Source of the DNA: Lytechinus pictus
Taxonomy: Eukaryota
Length of the DNA stretch: 64,000 nucleotides
NCBI RefSeq assembly: GCF_037042905.1
Contig: NC_087252.1
Coordinates: forward strand, 18,664,001 to 18,728,000
Direction of reading: 5' to 3'
Shown piece by piece: positions 51,642 to 64,000 of the stretch. Each line of letters opens with the position of its first letter. The stretch's first letter is position 1. A program made the position numbers and the translations under genes. The notes below the pieces were generated by a model. The model ran no database searches. It was not told where the DNA came from and saw only the letters and a list, made by a program, of their open reading frames with translations.

Positions 51642-52534
51642 ACAGGGAAAACAATTTAATGTCATGTGTGCAGTAATAAATATTGGTCGCTGACAAACTG
51701 CTTCTACTTAGGGGTTTACAATAGTATACCATCACCCAATTACTGTCAATCCGTGTCTATTTAACCATTTCAATTCTACATTTCCCCTACCACTTTCGAG
51801 TTTAATATTTAGCTCCATGTCTAAAGAACTTCAGTTTCTATTTTGATTACTGAAGACTGTTAACATGCATAAACATCATTTTTCCAGGTAATAACTTTAC
51901 TCTCCCGACCCCAGCCGGAAAAGATGAATGTGAATGCGACGCCAAATGTATTCGACGTAAGACTGCCTTAGCCTTATGTATATGTAAGTCGAATACACCA
52001 ATCATACGCCAATAATACGCAAATAAAGCCAATACACCCAATGAGATTTTCAAACCATGGGCATAATGAGCCATCACCTTCTAAGGGGGGGGGGGGTGCG
52101 GTATGGCAGATTGATCAAAGATTCTAAACCAAAACGAAAAAAAGCGAGGAAAAGTGTTAACTTTAAAACTAATTAGTTTATTTTTGTACATGATATTAAA
52201 AAATAATATGATATTTTACATTGATATAGCATTTCACCCTTTCTGTTGTTTTTGGTTTCATATTGTCATTTCTTTTTAGTCTTGAAACTTTTCGTGAGTA
52301 TGTTTTGTCGTATTATTGAAAATATGCCATAGAAGCAAAATGAACGCTTGAATAATGAACACTAATGATTTACATGGGTGCACTGATGATCATTTTGAAT
52401 GGAATATAAAAAAAAATGGGAAAATATGTTATCCCTAGGAGGCGAGGATGTGTTTCTTATCAGAATTCGCTTTGTTTATTGTTATTTATCTTATTATTGT
52501 TATCATGAACTCTTCTCATTAATGAAGCCGATTT

Positions 52535-54809
52535 ATAGGTTTTCCAGATCAAGTGTCCACTGATTGGAACCAGTCGTCCATGTAGGTAATTCAAATATCC
52601 GTGTTCATGAGCAAATGTCTGCATAAGAATATAGATGTCCGATTAGGGATTTCAAATGTCCCATGTAGGTTCAAAGTGTCCATATAGCGAGATTAAATAT
52701 CCGATTAGGGAAACCAAAAGTCACATATGGAACAAAATGTCGATTTAGAGAGAGTAATATCCCACTTGGGAAAACAAATGTCGTATAGGGATCTAAATTG
52801 TCCACAGTTTGAAATAATGATTACTCGAGCATGATAACTTCGTATTCTTCATCTTTCTCTTTTTCATTTTCTGTCACTCAGTTTTCCCTTTCTCTTCCTG
52901 CTCTATTCATTTGTAAGGCAAGGGATTTTTGCCTCCTAGTTTCACAAAACTCTGCTGACCCCCTTGTATCCTTTTATTTAATATTTGTTTATTTATATTT
53001 ATTTTATTATTATAATAATTATTATTATTATCAATTTTTTTTTGGGGGGGTTCTTGGTCCTATATTGCTGTATTAGTCTTATTTACTTAGTTTTGTATGC
53101 ATGTATATATTTATTTTCTTTTCATTCTATCCTCGCCCCTCTTGTGGAGCCGTTTATGTCTTGGTGGAGATGGAGCGCCTTTTCCTATCAGTCTCTTTTC
53201 TCTTTCTAACATTCATTCCACCTTTTCATTTTTTCCTTCTCTTCTCATTTGTAATAGGCAAACAAACAAATGTATAGTGATTTCAGTTGTCCATATGGAT
53301 GTAAAATGTTATCATAACAACAAATTTCTTGCATATTTTGTTGTTTATTTACCAAATTATCGTATTCCTTCCACTAAATATCGGACACCACACAATATGA
53401 TGTAAAGAAAAACTCTCTTTATAATATTGTAAAACCTAATTTTTTTGATGAACAATGCGTATTCTGTACAATTATGAAACTTATTCAAGTCACATAAATA
53501 TCTATTGTTTGATTATTCTTAAATATAAGTTTATAGATAAATTTCCTCAGACTTTCAGTCATCCCAAACATGTAATTAATCTTTTTGTAGGCGCAAGTGA
53601 AAATCATTTCTGTGTATATTTTTGTATTCTTTCTCATCTATGAATACATATACAACCTTAAGATAATTAACTTGTGCCATATATGCTACACATCTCTTCA
53701 TGAAAATGAATGTTATTGATAAAGGCTAGATCTATTCACTCATTTATTACCTGACGCATCACAACATGCAACAACCTTGAATGATTTCAGAAATCCTTTT
53801 TTTCAGGGAAACGTCTTAGACGATGTAATTTTCAATGTTGGGATTGATTTTAATTACTTTAATTTGATTTGATTAGACAGGGCGGTCAGGGGTATCTAGC
53901 TCTATATTAAAGAAATAATATTTTTGATTGGCCCGCTCGATCCGCCACTGAGAGCCGGGTAGTACTTCGCATTCTTGTACTTTACCAAAAAATCATCATT
54001 TTTCAACAAGTTTTGATTTACCGAAAGTGTCTCTTACTCCTGCTTTATTAATAAAAAATTACTTCTGTCATCTTTATTCAAAATTATTATTTTTTAAATA
54101 TTTTTTTTCATATCATTGTACAATTTACTTGTTTTGGACCCTATACGAAAGACTAGCAGATTGATGTCTACATGGTCAATGTTCGTCGTTCGATGATAAT
54201 AAAATATTTAAACATGTCAATAAAATTTAACGCATTTTCCTTTGTTGCATTCTCGATATGAAGCACTTTTTTCCTCTTAAGCTTTCAATAAATTTTCAAG
54301 TATTTTTTTACCTTTTTCTTTACAATAAACCAAATTGTAATTTTATTTGCCCTATTGTTTTAATAATCTTTACCTTTTGAACAGAATTTCGATATTTAAT
54401 ATGTACATTTGTCTTACATTATAACAAAATATCGATCTCTTTCGAGCATCATTGGTGCATAGTTAGGCAAATGGACGTTTGAATTACCTAAACGACATTT
54501 GATTTACCTATGTACCACTTGATGCCTTAATTCATGCAAGGTTATGTAAAAATTCCCATTGAACGGATATTTGAATTACCTATGGTCGTCTTATTCACCT
54601 ATTGGGATATTTTATTTGCAACATGGACATTTGATTTACCTATTGCAAATAAATTTTATTATGCGGACATTTGACTTCTGTAAGGACATGATATTCATCT
54701 ATTGGGATATAAGTCTAGCTAATGGGACATTTGAATTCCCTATTGACCTTGGAATTGCCTAATCGGACACTTGCTCTGACACAGCCGACATTTGACCTGG
54801 AAAACCTAT
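52535..54809. mobile_element. Non-autonomous TIR element with ~21-bp subterminal repeats
   Basis: ATTT|ATAGGTTTTCCAGATCAAGTGTC … GACATTTGACCTGGAAAACCTAT|ATTT. CAAATGTCC-type arrays at 52540-52810 and, inverted, at 54460-54800. Confidence 0.7.
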
Positions 54810-54821
54810 ATTTATAAATAT

Positions 54822-55828
54822 TGTGACGGAATCGCTGAGGATGGGGGTCCGCCGGCAGCTCGCTCTTGTCAGGATGCCTGCCGCCGGCGGGTGTTTGCCA
54901 CGTTGATTCCCAAACTTTAGTCGCGGAACCGTTTGGCAGAGATATACTGCCGCAAATGACTCTTGCACAAACCTCGATCTTGGCAGTATCGCCACCAAGG
55001 CAACCACCAGACGGCTACACTCTTTATTGTCAGCTGACCCGACCCGACCATATGCATCTAGCTTGTCTAGTTAAGCTCTCTCGACCATATGCATCTGATT
55101 CCTGTAGTTTAACCTCTCTCAACCATAGGTATGGGGATTTCTGTAGTCAAGCTCTCGCGACCATACCCATGGGCTCTGCTCTACATGTAATTTCCTCCGT
55201 CGTCTGCTCCAGGCTTCCGTCTGTGTGCTTCAGACCAGTAACCACGTCTGCTTTGTACTGCAACCGCGTCTGAATTCAGTACAGCAACCATGCACGTCTG
55301 ATTCCGTACTACAACCAGGTCTGTTCAGTGCAGCAATCACCTCTAATTCCGTACTGCAACCACTGACATCTGATCAGTACAGCGACCACGTTTGGTTCTT
55401 CGATCTTATGCATGGGTCCTTCTGCAGTCAGGCTCACACGACCATACCCATTGGCTCTGCTCTACTTGTAGTTTCCACCGTTTTCTGCTCCGAACCTCCG
55501 ACCGTCTGCTCCAGACCCCAAACCGTCCAATCCAGACCAACCAGACAACCAAAAGAGCAAGCCCTGGTATAGTCTCTTGCTGGTGTGCAAAAGACCCAAA
55601 ATACAATGAAATCTCACCACAGTCGTCGCCTAGGACTAGGAGTCAATCCTAGGTTTCCCCTTGGAAAGATATGCGAACGATCATATAAATCATTTCGTTC
55701 GCATCCAACTTTATTTATTGGATAGCGAATCCAAATCAATCTGCATACTTTACGTGCAATGCACCCCGTGGGCGCCGAATTTCAACAGATCATCGGCAAA
55801 GCCTCACGAATTCACAAACTTAACGTAC
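54822..55828 (-). mobile_element. LTR-like fragment cut by a LINE
   Basis: Abrupt GC rise starting at TGTGACG, an internal ~70-bp duplication (55140 and 55421), and a minus-strand AATAAA at ~55712. The second end is not seen. Confidence 0.4.
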
Positions 55829-58800
55829 TTGATTTGATTTGATTTATTTATTTCCACATTAAAAAAAAAGCATATACAAGTGTAATCATTTTTTTTTCTT
55901 AGCATAACATAATAAGCAAATGATATGATTAATAACATATGCATAATATACAATCTAATTGAAATATACTTATACCTGATAAATTTCTTCTTTTTTTATT
56001 GAAAAAAAATGGCAGAAATATATATATATACATATATCAACAATATTACATTTTGAAATGTGGGAGACCTTCATCTTAAGCTTAGAGCTTGAAATTGATA
56101 AAGTCCCTAAAAGGAAAGGGGAAGGAAAATCAGACAAATAGTGCAATAAAAGAGACTTATCTTTTATTGCACAAAATTATAGAAATATTACCAAAAAAGT
56201 AGATAGGGAAAGAAAAATTAAAATGAGGAAGTTATAATCATGTTGATAAAAGTTAAAGTGCAAGTGTGTGAGAGTGCAAGTGCAGGGGAGGGGGGGGGGG
56301 GGTGTTGTAATATCGGTTGGTACGTAACACACATAAATTTTAGGTATTTAGGTGGGCCATCCTGGGAAAATGGGTATTATAGGTGAAATTTTGGATTTTG
56401 TTTTTTTAATGTTTTCTGGTACATGGACACATGTACAATGTGTATACAAAATATTAGAGTCTAATTCATATTTAAATTAGAGATATGGCCAATTGAATCA
56501 GGGGTACCCCCCCTGCCTGGCTGTATGGGTCGTCATGGTAGTCGGGCTTATTATTCATCTTTTCATGATAGGGAAATGTTGGTTCTTTTGTAACGCCCAA
56601 CATACCTGGCATAGGCGAGGTGATCTTTTGTAGTGCAGACATAATTTTTATATATACACAGCTAGGCGAATACAATAAAACAAATTATTCTACATATTCA
56701 ACCACACCCACACTAGAACCCACACTCACACACTCACATTACATGCAAAAAAACCCTTATGGAGACTATTTGTCATACTATATATAGTTCGTCATAGCGC
56801 GTAGTTTTAACATGGGAGGAGGTTCCCAGATCCAATGACCAGGGGAAGATGGGGTTGGGTTATTTATCTGATTTTTTTGTTGTTGGGGGGGGGAAGCTTA
56901 TCATTTTTGGGGGGAGGGCCCACCCCCACAGGCGCCGCAGAACATTTTTTGAAAATGGGAGGGGCTGTCCATGCAAAAAAAAAATCACAATCAAATGGTA
57001 TTTTTTTACATGTTTATACATGCGTTCTGGGGAAAAAAAGTGGGGCCAAAGCCCCTGCCCACCTCCATCCTAGATTTGTCCCTGCCCTTAACCCCCCCCC
57101 AAAAAAAAAACACCTTGCTGTGTGTCCATACTTCACTTTCTCGCAAAGTAAAATCATGCTTAAGCTTTGGAAAATAACCACAAACAAAATTCAATTTTGC
57201 AAAACCAAGTTTTTTTCGGTGGCAATACACAATAGTGAAAAGCTGATGCGAGCTACATTTCATAAAGATTTAATATGACAGCAACTCTTGATGAAATATC
57301 AACTTTCATTGAACTAGCGAATCAGGAAGCAGAAGGTTCACTGTTTTCATGGTAGTTTTCATTCGAGCAAGGGATCATATCAACATTTAATGAAATGGGC
57401 CACATTTGGTTTCTTTTTAGGGATAGGGTAGTCATGAAAATATATTTCACAAATTGCTGCCAAATTATCTGGATCACTGAAGGATTTTTTTTTTAGGTCA
57501 CTTCGTTTGAAAAGAAGAATGAAACTGTGCATAAAAACTTGGCTCCACATATTAATACGACAGGTATTATAACTAACAAATACTCACAAATACATAGTCA
57601 TCTTTTCTCTGCTACACTCTGTACACGTGTGTAATGATATGCGTTGTAAACATCTTATGCTTGAATAAAAAATAATATCAGAGTTTAATTCTTGATATGG
57701 AAGAGACTACATACATTTACTCTCTTCTATGCAGCAGTATTAGCAAAACTCAGGAATGTGCATCGCTCTCCACTGTCCAAATTTGCACTAAAAAGGATAT
57801 AAAACACGATAATCTCTCCTCAGTATGTGTGTTTAACATTATCACAAACTTCTTAATACAGCAGCAAACTTACCACATTTCAATTTTCTACAATGACATC
57901 CTTCTAATGGGTTAGCAAACGTTACAAATTAAGTTTGAATTTTTTATCGAAAAACTTCAGAGTTTGTTCATTCAAAGTAAAACATGTATTCATTGTTCAA
58001 TTTCCTCTCCTACCGGGGAGGCCGCGAGGTGCCTTGCCCTCATCTAAGATCTTTCCATATATCATATTCCCTCTATTTGGAAAATCCAGTTGATAGCTTA
58101 TCTGGGAGTGTCAGCAGGGTTCACCAAAGGGAATAATTTTCTTCCTCTGCATTGTTTGCTTTCTTCATGTTCCAGTCTTAAAAATGCCACGTTCCGATGA
58201 CTCAAATCTACATGTTTGATGAATGCAATTGAAAAGTTCACCGATATTAATGTGTTATAAAAACAGTCACATTACACTCTCATTTCTTCATGATTCATGG
58301 ACATTTATCAACAACATGATATTTAAAATACATTAACTTTTCACTCTTTGGCTTTGTGTAAATGTTACTTGTATTTCTAATAAAGGTGGAAGTACTCCCT
58401 GATGTCATATTTTTCTACCTAAAATAATAAGATTTAACTATTGTTGGGTAAAAAAATCCCTCCAAAATTCATGAGATGTTCATATTTAAATGTTTAATTT
58501 TGATATATCACTTGCAAAAAGCTTTCTCTGCATGAGCCTTTATCCAAATTCTATATTTTTTTTCATTTTTTATTGTTTTTATCATTTTATATTTTTCATA
58601 TTTTCCATAATTCTAGATTTCATGTACTAATAGTGGTGAAATTAATTCTAAAACAATATCTTATAAAACGGCAATTAATTCGTGGAAAAATCGGTTACAA
58701 CTGACATGATAAAGTCAAAACTGGCACACTATTTCCATATATAAAATGGATAAAGCATGGAAAGCTACCTGAAGCTGTGGTAATGGTGAATCCCATATCA

Positions 58801-59127
58801 GAGTCTTAAAAATACTTCTTGAAGGGCTGCTGTCAGCTGTATGTTGGTTCTGAGATGTCTTGTCCTCACTGCACTAATACAGTTGCTCTGTAGATCCCGT
58901 GCCCTTAACATGTTTAACACAACGAAAGAAAACAAGGCCAATTAGTTAACAAATTTTCAGAGTTAAAGTTTATTAAAAAAAAACACTACTTAAGAAAAAA
59001 AACTAAGAAAAAAACAATTAAAACTATAATCTATTTTTTTTCAAAAATATGTCTTTTCAATTTTTTTTTTATATTTTATAATTTTGTATAGAAAGTTGGC
59101 GAACCTCATGTAATATAGCTCGACCAG

Positions 59128-59296
59128 GTGGGTGTTTCATAAAGCTGTTCGTAAGTTAAGAGCGACTTTAAGAACGACTGGTGATCCTTTCTTATGGCGA
59201 ATGGTATTAATTAGCGATGGTTTTGCGCGTAAGAAAGGATCACCAGTTGTTCTTAAAGTCGCTCTTAATTTACGAACAGCTTTTTGAAACACCCAC
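59128..59296. mobile_element. Palindromic PIF/Harbinger-like MITE
   Basis: CAG|GTGGGTGTTTCA…TGAAACACCCAC|CAG with ~65-bp arms. Confidence 0.85.
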
Positions 59297-60610
59297 CAGA
59301 TTGTAGAAAAAATAAGAAATACCCCCCACACCCGCCCCCAAAATATATTGTTATTTTTTAATAAAGTTCTTATAAATTGTGACAATCTGTTTTCTAGTTA
59401 TAATTTCGATATCATTTGCACAGCTTTGGTGAAGCTCATACCAAATAGACCTCACCCCTTCCGAAAAAAAAACAAATTTGAAATCAGAAGTCCGACAAAT
59501 AAGAATTTGTTAGGAGAGGGGATTTGAAAAATGTCCATAATTAACCGATTTAAAAGGGTACTCCGAGCTGAAAATAATTTCATCAAATGTAAGCAAATGC
59601 TGCAAATTTCATCAAAATCTGATAACAACTAGATCTAAAAGGGTTTTCATGCATTATAAAAACAGTTATATGCACGTCTTAATGAATATTCGTTAGATGG
59701 GCTGATGATGACACCCCACTTTGATTTTTCTTATAACAAAACATGAAATCATACTTATTTTATTTGGTCATACGTGTGTGAATGATATGTCACCTTTTTG
59801 CATTAATTAATATCTAGTCTTGGAGGGGGGGGGGGGGGGATAGAACAAACATAATTTCATGTAACAAGGTGAGACATCTTTGCATCAGTTTGTCAAGTAA
59901 ATTCATAAAAACATGCATAGAACCGAAATCCATATCTTTAAATTATCATAGCTCTTTTACTCCTTGTCCAATTTTGATTTTTTTTTAATATACATTTTTT
60001 ACAAACTTGTTGCATGTGATAGATTTAACTTAAATGGTTACAAGTATGTAATTAAGGCCTATCTAAGTAGGTGCAGATCTAGATCTAGTTGATAGCCTAG
60101 GCATACATAAGTTAGATCTTAAAAAGGCCGTCAAAGTCCCGGACAAATACCGCGAATCGCTGCAGCAGTAATTTGACGTTTAAAGTCGTTCCTAAAAAAG
60201 CTCTCTCTCGATCGATCTACATAAGCACGCAACACAAAATTCACATTCACGTGTTTAGTTGCCATGTTCCTCGCATCGCAATTATCAATGAATTTAACAA
60301 AACAACTCAATCTGCAACATAATTTAACTTACCTTCATGGATTTCAGCCGAGGGAATTAAATTCAATCAACATGTATCCGAACCCGCCACCAAATATATC
60401 GAGCCGATATCCACAGTTCTGAAAAATAAAAATGCGCCTGACATTTTTTTTTATTTCCCGCGGGTTGTTTGTTTTGTTTTTCCTCGCGACGCGCGCCAGA
60501 CAAAAGTTTGATGACACGCGTATTTAAGGACGTTCCACAGTTATATTTTAGCGCATTATGATCTGCGCATAGTTTACACTCTGCGCGCTGACGTCACAAT
60601 GGATGAACAG

Positions 60611-62715
60611 GGGTGGTATTCTGAAAACGTTCTTATCTTTGTTCTTATCTTTTATCTTATCTCATTGAGATAAGAAGACGCTAAAATCATTGCAAATCGG
60701 TATTCTGAAAATCTTCTTAACGCGTTCTTATCTTTGTAAGGACTGCCTCCTTCTTATCTTCAACACGCCCATTTTTAGGATATTACCAATCAAAATGCGC
60801 TTTATATTGGCAGTTTAACCAATAGAAGCGTTCCTTATGTCAGGAGAATATCATGGGCGCTGTGCGTACACTGTTTCTGGCGCATTGCGCGAAATAGGCA
60901 TTTTATACGCAATGACTGATAATTATTTCGAGACACGTGCACAAAATAAAGAAAGAAAAAAAGTAAATAAAGCAGGTACGAATAAACAATAAAATATGAA
61001 GAAAGACAGTAAGTAGACAGAAAGGTGTCAGAATGAAGCAGAAATTAAAAAAAAAGATGAAAGGAACAAAGCAGAAAATAATGAAAGAAATAAAGAGTAA
61101 ACGAAAGTAAGCAATCAAAAAGGACTTAAGAAAAAAAATAATAATAAAAATAAGGAAAAAGAAATAGAACGATTATCAATGATAAAGTGAGGAAGAAAAA
61201 ATAAAGAAAGAAAAGAAAGAAACTTAAAGGAAAAAAGTAAAAGGACAAAATAAAAAAGATTAAAGGAGGATAAAATGAAGTAATGAAGAAGTGAAAAAGA
61301 AAAGTTTGAAAAAAAAGACAGTGTGAACGAAAGAGAAAACGAAAGAATAGAAAAATTTAAAAAGTGAAGGAAGAGAGGAAAAGGAAAATGAAACAAAGAA
61401 ATAAAGATGAGAGAGAAAAAATTAAAGGAAAATTAAAGCAAAAATAAAGATTACAGAAAGATAAAAAGAAAGAAAGGTAAATTCAAATAAAAAAAAGGAA
61501 CGAAAAGGGAAAATAAAAAGTCAAGAAAAGTGAAGAATGAATAAAAAAAGAAAACGAAAAAACATTAATGGAAAGAATAAAGAAAAAGATTTTTTTTTTA
61601 ATTGATAGAAGAAAGACACAGAGAGGAAAGTAAAGTAAGAGAGTAAATAAAGAATGAACGAAAAAGAATGAGAGAATAAAGAATAAAACACACAAAAGAA
61701 AGTAAATAAGACACAAGAGTGTCAGGAAGCAGAAATAAAAAAAAATAAAAGAAAGAACAAACGAATGAACGAACGAAAAAAGAAAAAAAAAAGAACCCAA
61801 AAATAAAAAGGAAAAAAAAAAGAAAAGAAAAAAGAAATAAGTGGAAAAAATAATATTAAGGGAAGGAAGAAAGAAAGAAAAAGGGGAAAAAAGGAAAAGC
61901 ACATATAAAGACGAAAGAATGAAAGAAAAAAATAAGGAAGAAATAAAAAGATTACAAAAATGTGACGGAAGAAAGAAAAATGAAAAGAAAAGGAAAGGAA
62001 GAGAGAAAGGGGAAAGAATAAAAGCAGAAATAAAGACTTATTCAAGAAAAGAAAGAAAGGGATAAATTTTAAAAGGGAAAATAAAAAAGGAAGAACGATG
62101 AAGAATAAATGAAACAAAGCGAAAGAAAAGTAAAGAAATTAAAAGATTCAAAAGAATAAAACAAAAAATATAAAAGAAGAATGAACTTAAAGAAAGGAAG
62201 AAAGACAGACACATAGAAAGGAAGAAAGACAGACAGATAGAAAGGAAGAAAAAGAGAAAATAAATAAAGAAAGAAAGAAAGAAAAAAGGGATAGAAAAAA
62301 AGAGACGGGAAAATAAAGGGTGAATGAAAGAAAGGGTGGGAGAAATACTTGTGGGTACTTGTTACTACTAGTGGCCATCGATTTTAAGCAAGAAAGAACG
62401 CGGACATCGAGAGATGTGATAACCCTCTAGCTATCTTAAATATTATCATAAATATCGTGAAAGATAAGAAAGAGAAAAGATAAGAACGTTTTCAGAATAC
62501 CACTTATCTTCATTTTGTTCTTATCTTTTTAGCGCGCTTTTGTATTATATGCGCGAGTAATACATTTACGCGCTCAGCATAGGATGTTTAGCAAGATAAG
62601 AAAAAGATAAGAACAAAAGATAAGAAAAAGATAAGAACGTTTTCAGAATACCAATTTGAGATCGTGACGTAGATAAGAACAAAATTAAGATAAGAACGTT
62701 TTCAGAATACCGCCC
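60611..62715. mobile_element. PIF/Harbinger-like element nested in the Kolobok-like element
   Basis: CAG|GGGTGGTATTCTGAAAACGTTCTTATC … GATAAGAACGTTTTCAGAATACCGCCC|CAG. Confidence 0.85.
60945..62345 (+). repeat. 1.4-kb purine-rich low-complexity tract
   Basis: Almost entirely A/G runs of the (GAAA)n type. Confidence 0.9.
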
Positions 62716-64000
62716 CAGGTGATTAATTAGCTGCGGGTATGAGCTGATTTTTCTCATCTTCTGCACTTTAACTGCAGATCCGATACGTTATTTCATGAAG
62801 CTAAAAAATTGAATTATTCCATGGACCATTCAAAAAAATATTCTCTACAATTTCAAAATACTTAACTCTGCAGTGCTGCCAAGAATCACGAATATTAGCC
62901 CGAGTTTGAATAAATGGTAGAGTGGTTTTGATTTTTTCTTCACATAGATACTAAGCATTCGGCCCATTTTTGGTGTTTTAAAAAGCACATTTGCTCTAAT
63001 AAAAATGCCGATAGTTTAAAAACAAGCACATGAACCCCTATTTTTTAATGTTTGTACCTCTTAGGTATACCTTCCTCTACAACTCTGCAAATTTTGGTGA
63101 AAATGACATGGATTTTGAATAAAGTGCAGCATTTATTGTACGTTTGTAGTTTGTTACTGAAATTTTACATTTTTTAGATTGGGATTTTGTTATCTTTTAC
63201 GCCATTTTTAAGAACTGACAGTGCTGTTAAACTTAAAATTGCAAACAAATAGCACTATTAATAGATTCTCCATTCTAACGATACAATTATTAACTCTCTT
63301 GCGAAATTTGATGACTTTTTCATGTATTTTGAATGATCAATGGAGGTTTAAACTCATTGTAGTAATCTTGGGCGGTCTAAAAATGCCAAATTCTTTTGAA
63401 TGCGCAATTCTTAAGAACATCAATTTGGGTGAACTTTGAAGCTCTATAGCAAAAAATCAAGCACATGGACCTATGTTAATTTTTGCATATTTCGAATATT
63501 AAGGTTCTAAAGTATCTATGTGCAAAGTTTGGTGAAAATGACATGGATTTCACTTTAACTGTGGAACGTCCTTAAATGACGTCCTAGCGCATTTATTGTC
63601 TCTCACCAATAGTCTGGTTTTTGCGCGACGCCACACATATTTTAACAGTGTATTTCTCTTCAAAACAGCCTTGAATGAATAAAGTGTAGAGCATAACTTA
63701 ATTTCAGGTGATAAATTGTTCCATAAATCTGCACCGTAATGTCTAATTGATTTGTGTGCTATTATTAGTTTTGGATTTGTGAGATGAAATTTGTCAGAGT
63801 TTCGTGTTGGATACGAGTGGATGGTGTTGTTGATTGTGAACATATTTTGAAAGGAAGGGGGAAGTATTCCCTTTTTGTATTTGAACATGAAGATAGCAGC
63901 TTGATATGTATTTATATCTAAATTTTTTAAAGTTCTTAATATAAAAAATAAAGGACTGGATCTAGCGAGATGTTGTGATCCTGTACAAATACGAACTGCT

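Larger units (their letters stand above)
60528..63571. mobile_element. Kolobok-like non-autonomous element
   Basis: TTAA|GGACGTTCCACAGTTA … TAACTGTGGAACGTCC|TTAA: a perfect 16-bp TIR. Confidence 0.85.
56336..63631. mobile_element. 7.3-kb insertion without TIRs, flanked by an 8-bp direct repeat
   Basis: CACACATA at 56328-56335 and 63632-63639. The two ends are unrelated to each other. Confidence 0.6.
55829..64000 (-). mobile_element. CR1/L2-group LINE 3' end, split into 55829-56335 and 63632-64000
   Basis: RT C-terminus in ORF 63550..63888 up to LLKYV. The 3' UTR and (AAATC)n tail resume at 56335-55829 across the repeat CACACATA. Confidence 0.75.

Noticed and set aside
54822..56329. Complete solo LTR TGTGACG…CGTAACA
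   Set aside because: The flanks do not match (ATAT vs CACA), and the CGTAACA lies within the LINE end.
60903..62378. Phe-rich and Lys/Glu-rich ORFs
   Set aside because: They are translations of the purine low-complexity tract.

Overview
AT-rich metazoan DNA. The repeat landscape and the SRCR exon suggest an invertebrate deuterostome such as a sea urchin; this is inferred, not shown. The window is almost entirely nested transposable elements and contains no intact host gene. 4.6-23.1 kb holds four copies of one Ty3/Gypsy family, all in (TA)n tracts: a deleted non-autonomous copy, a near full-length decayed copy, a solo LTR and a 47-bp LTR remnant. The near full-length copy is split by an RTE LINE with a 9-bp TSD. 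It also carries a third ORF behind a splice acceptor, encoding two C2H2 fingers and an RS/SP-rich tail. One of its LTRs holds a ~180-bp SINE with a 7SL (Alu-domain)-like head, a B box, a Deu/Nin-like core and a (CA)n tail; this is the most unusual item. Other notable features are a cloverleaf tRNA-like gene with a UCA anticodon inside an inverted repeat, a Penelope-type promoter with a hammerhead ribozyme, three TAG...CTA foldback elements (Academ-like), a Tx1/L1 copy with twin-priming geometry, an RTEX-like LINE split by three DNA transposons, and a 7.3-kb TIR-less insertion flanked by an 8-bp direct repeat. There are many MITEs and one degenerate SRCR exon. All calls were made by eye, and family assignments rely on remembered consensus features.
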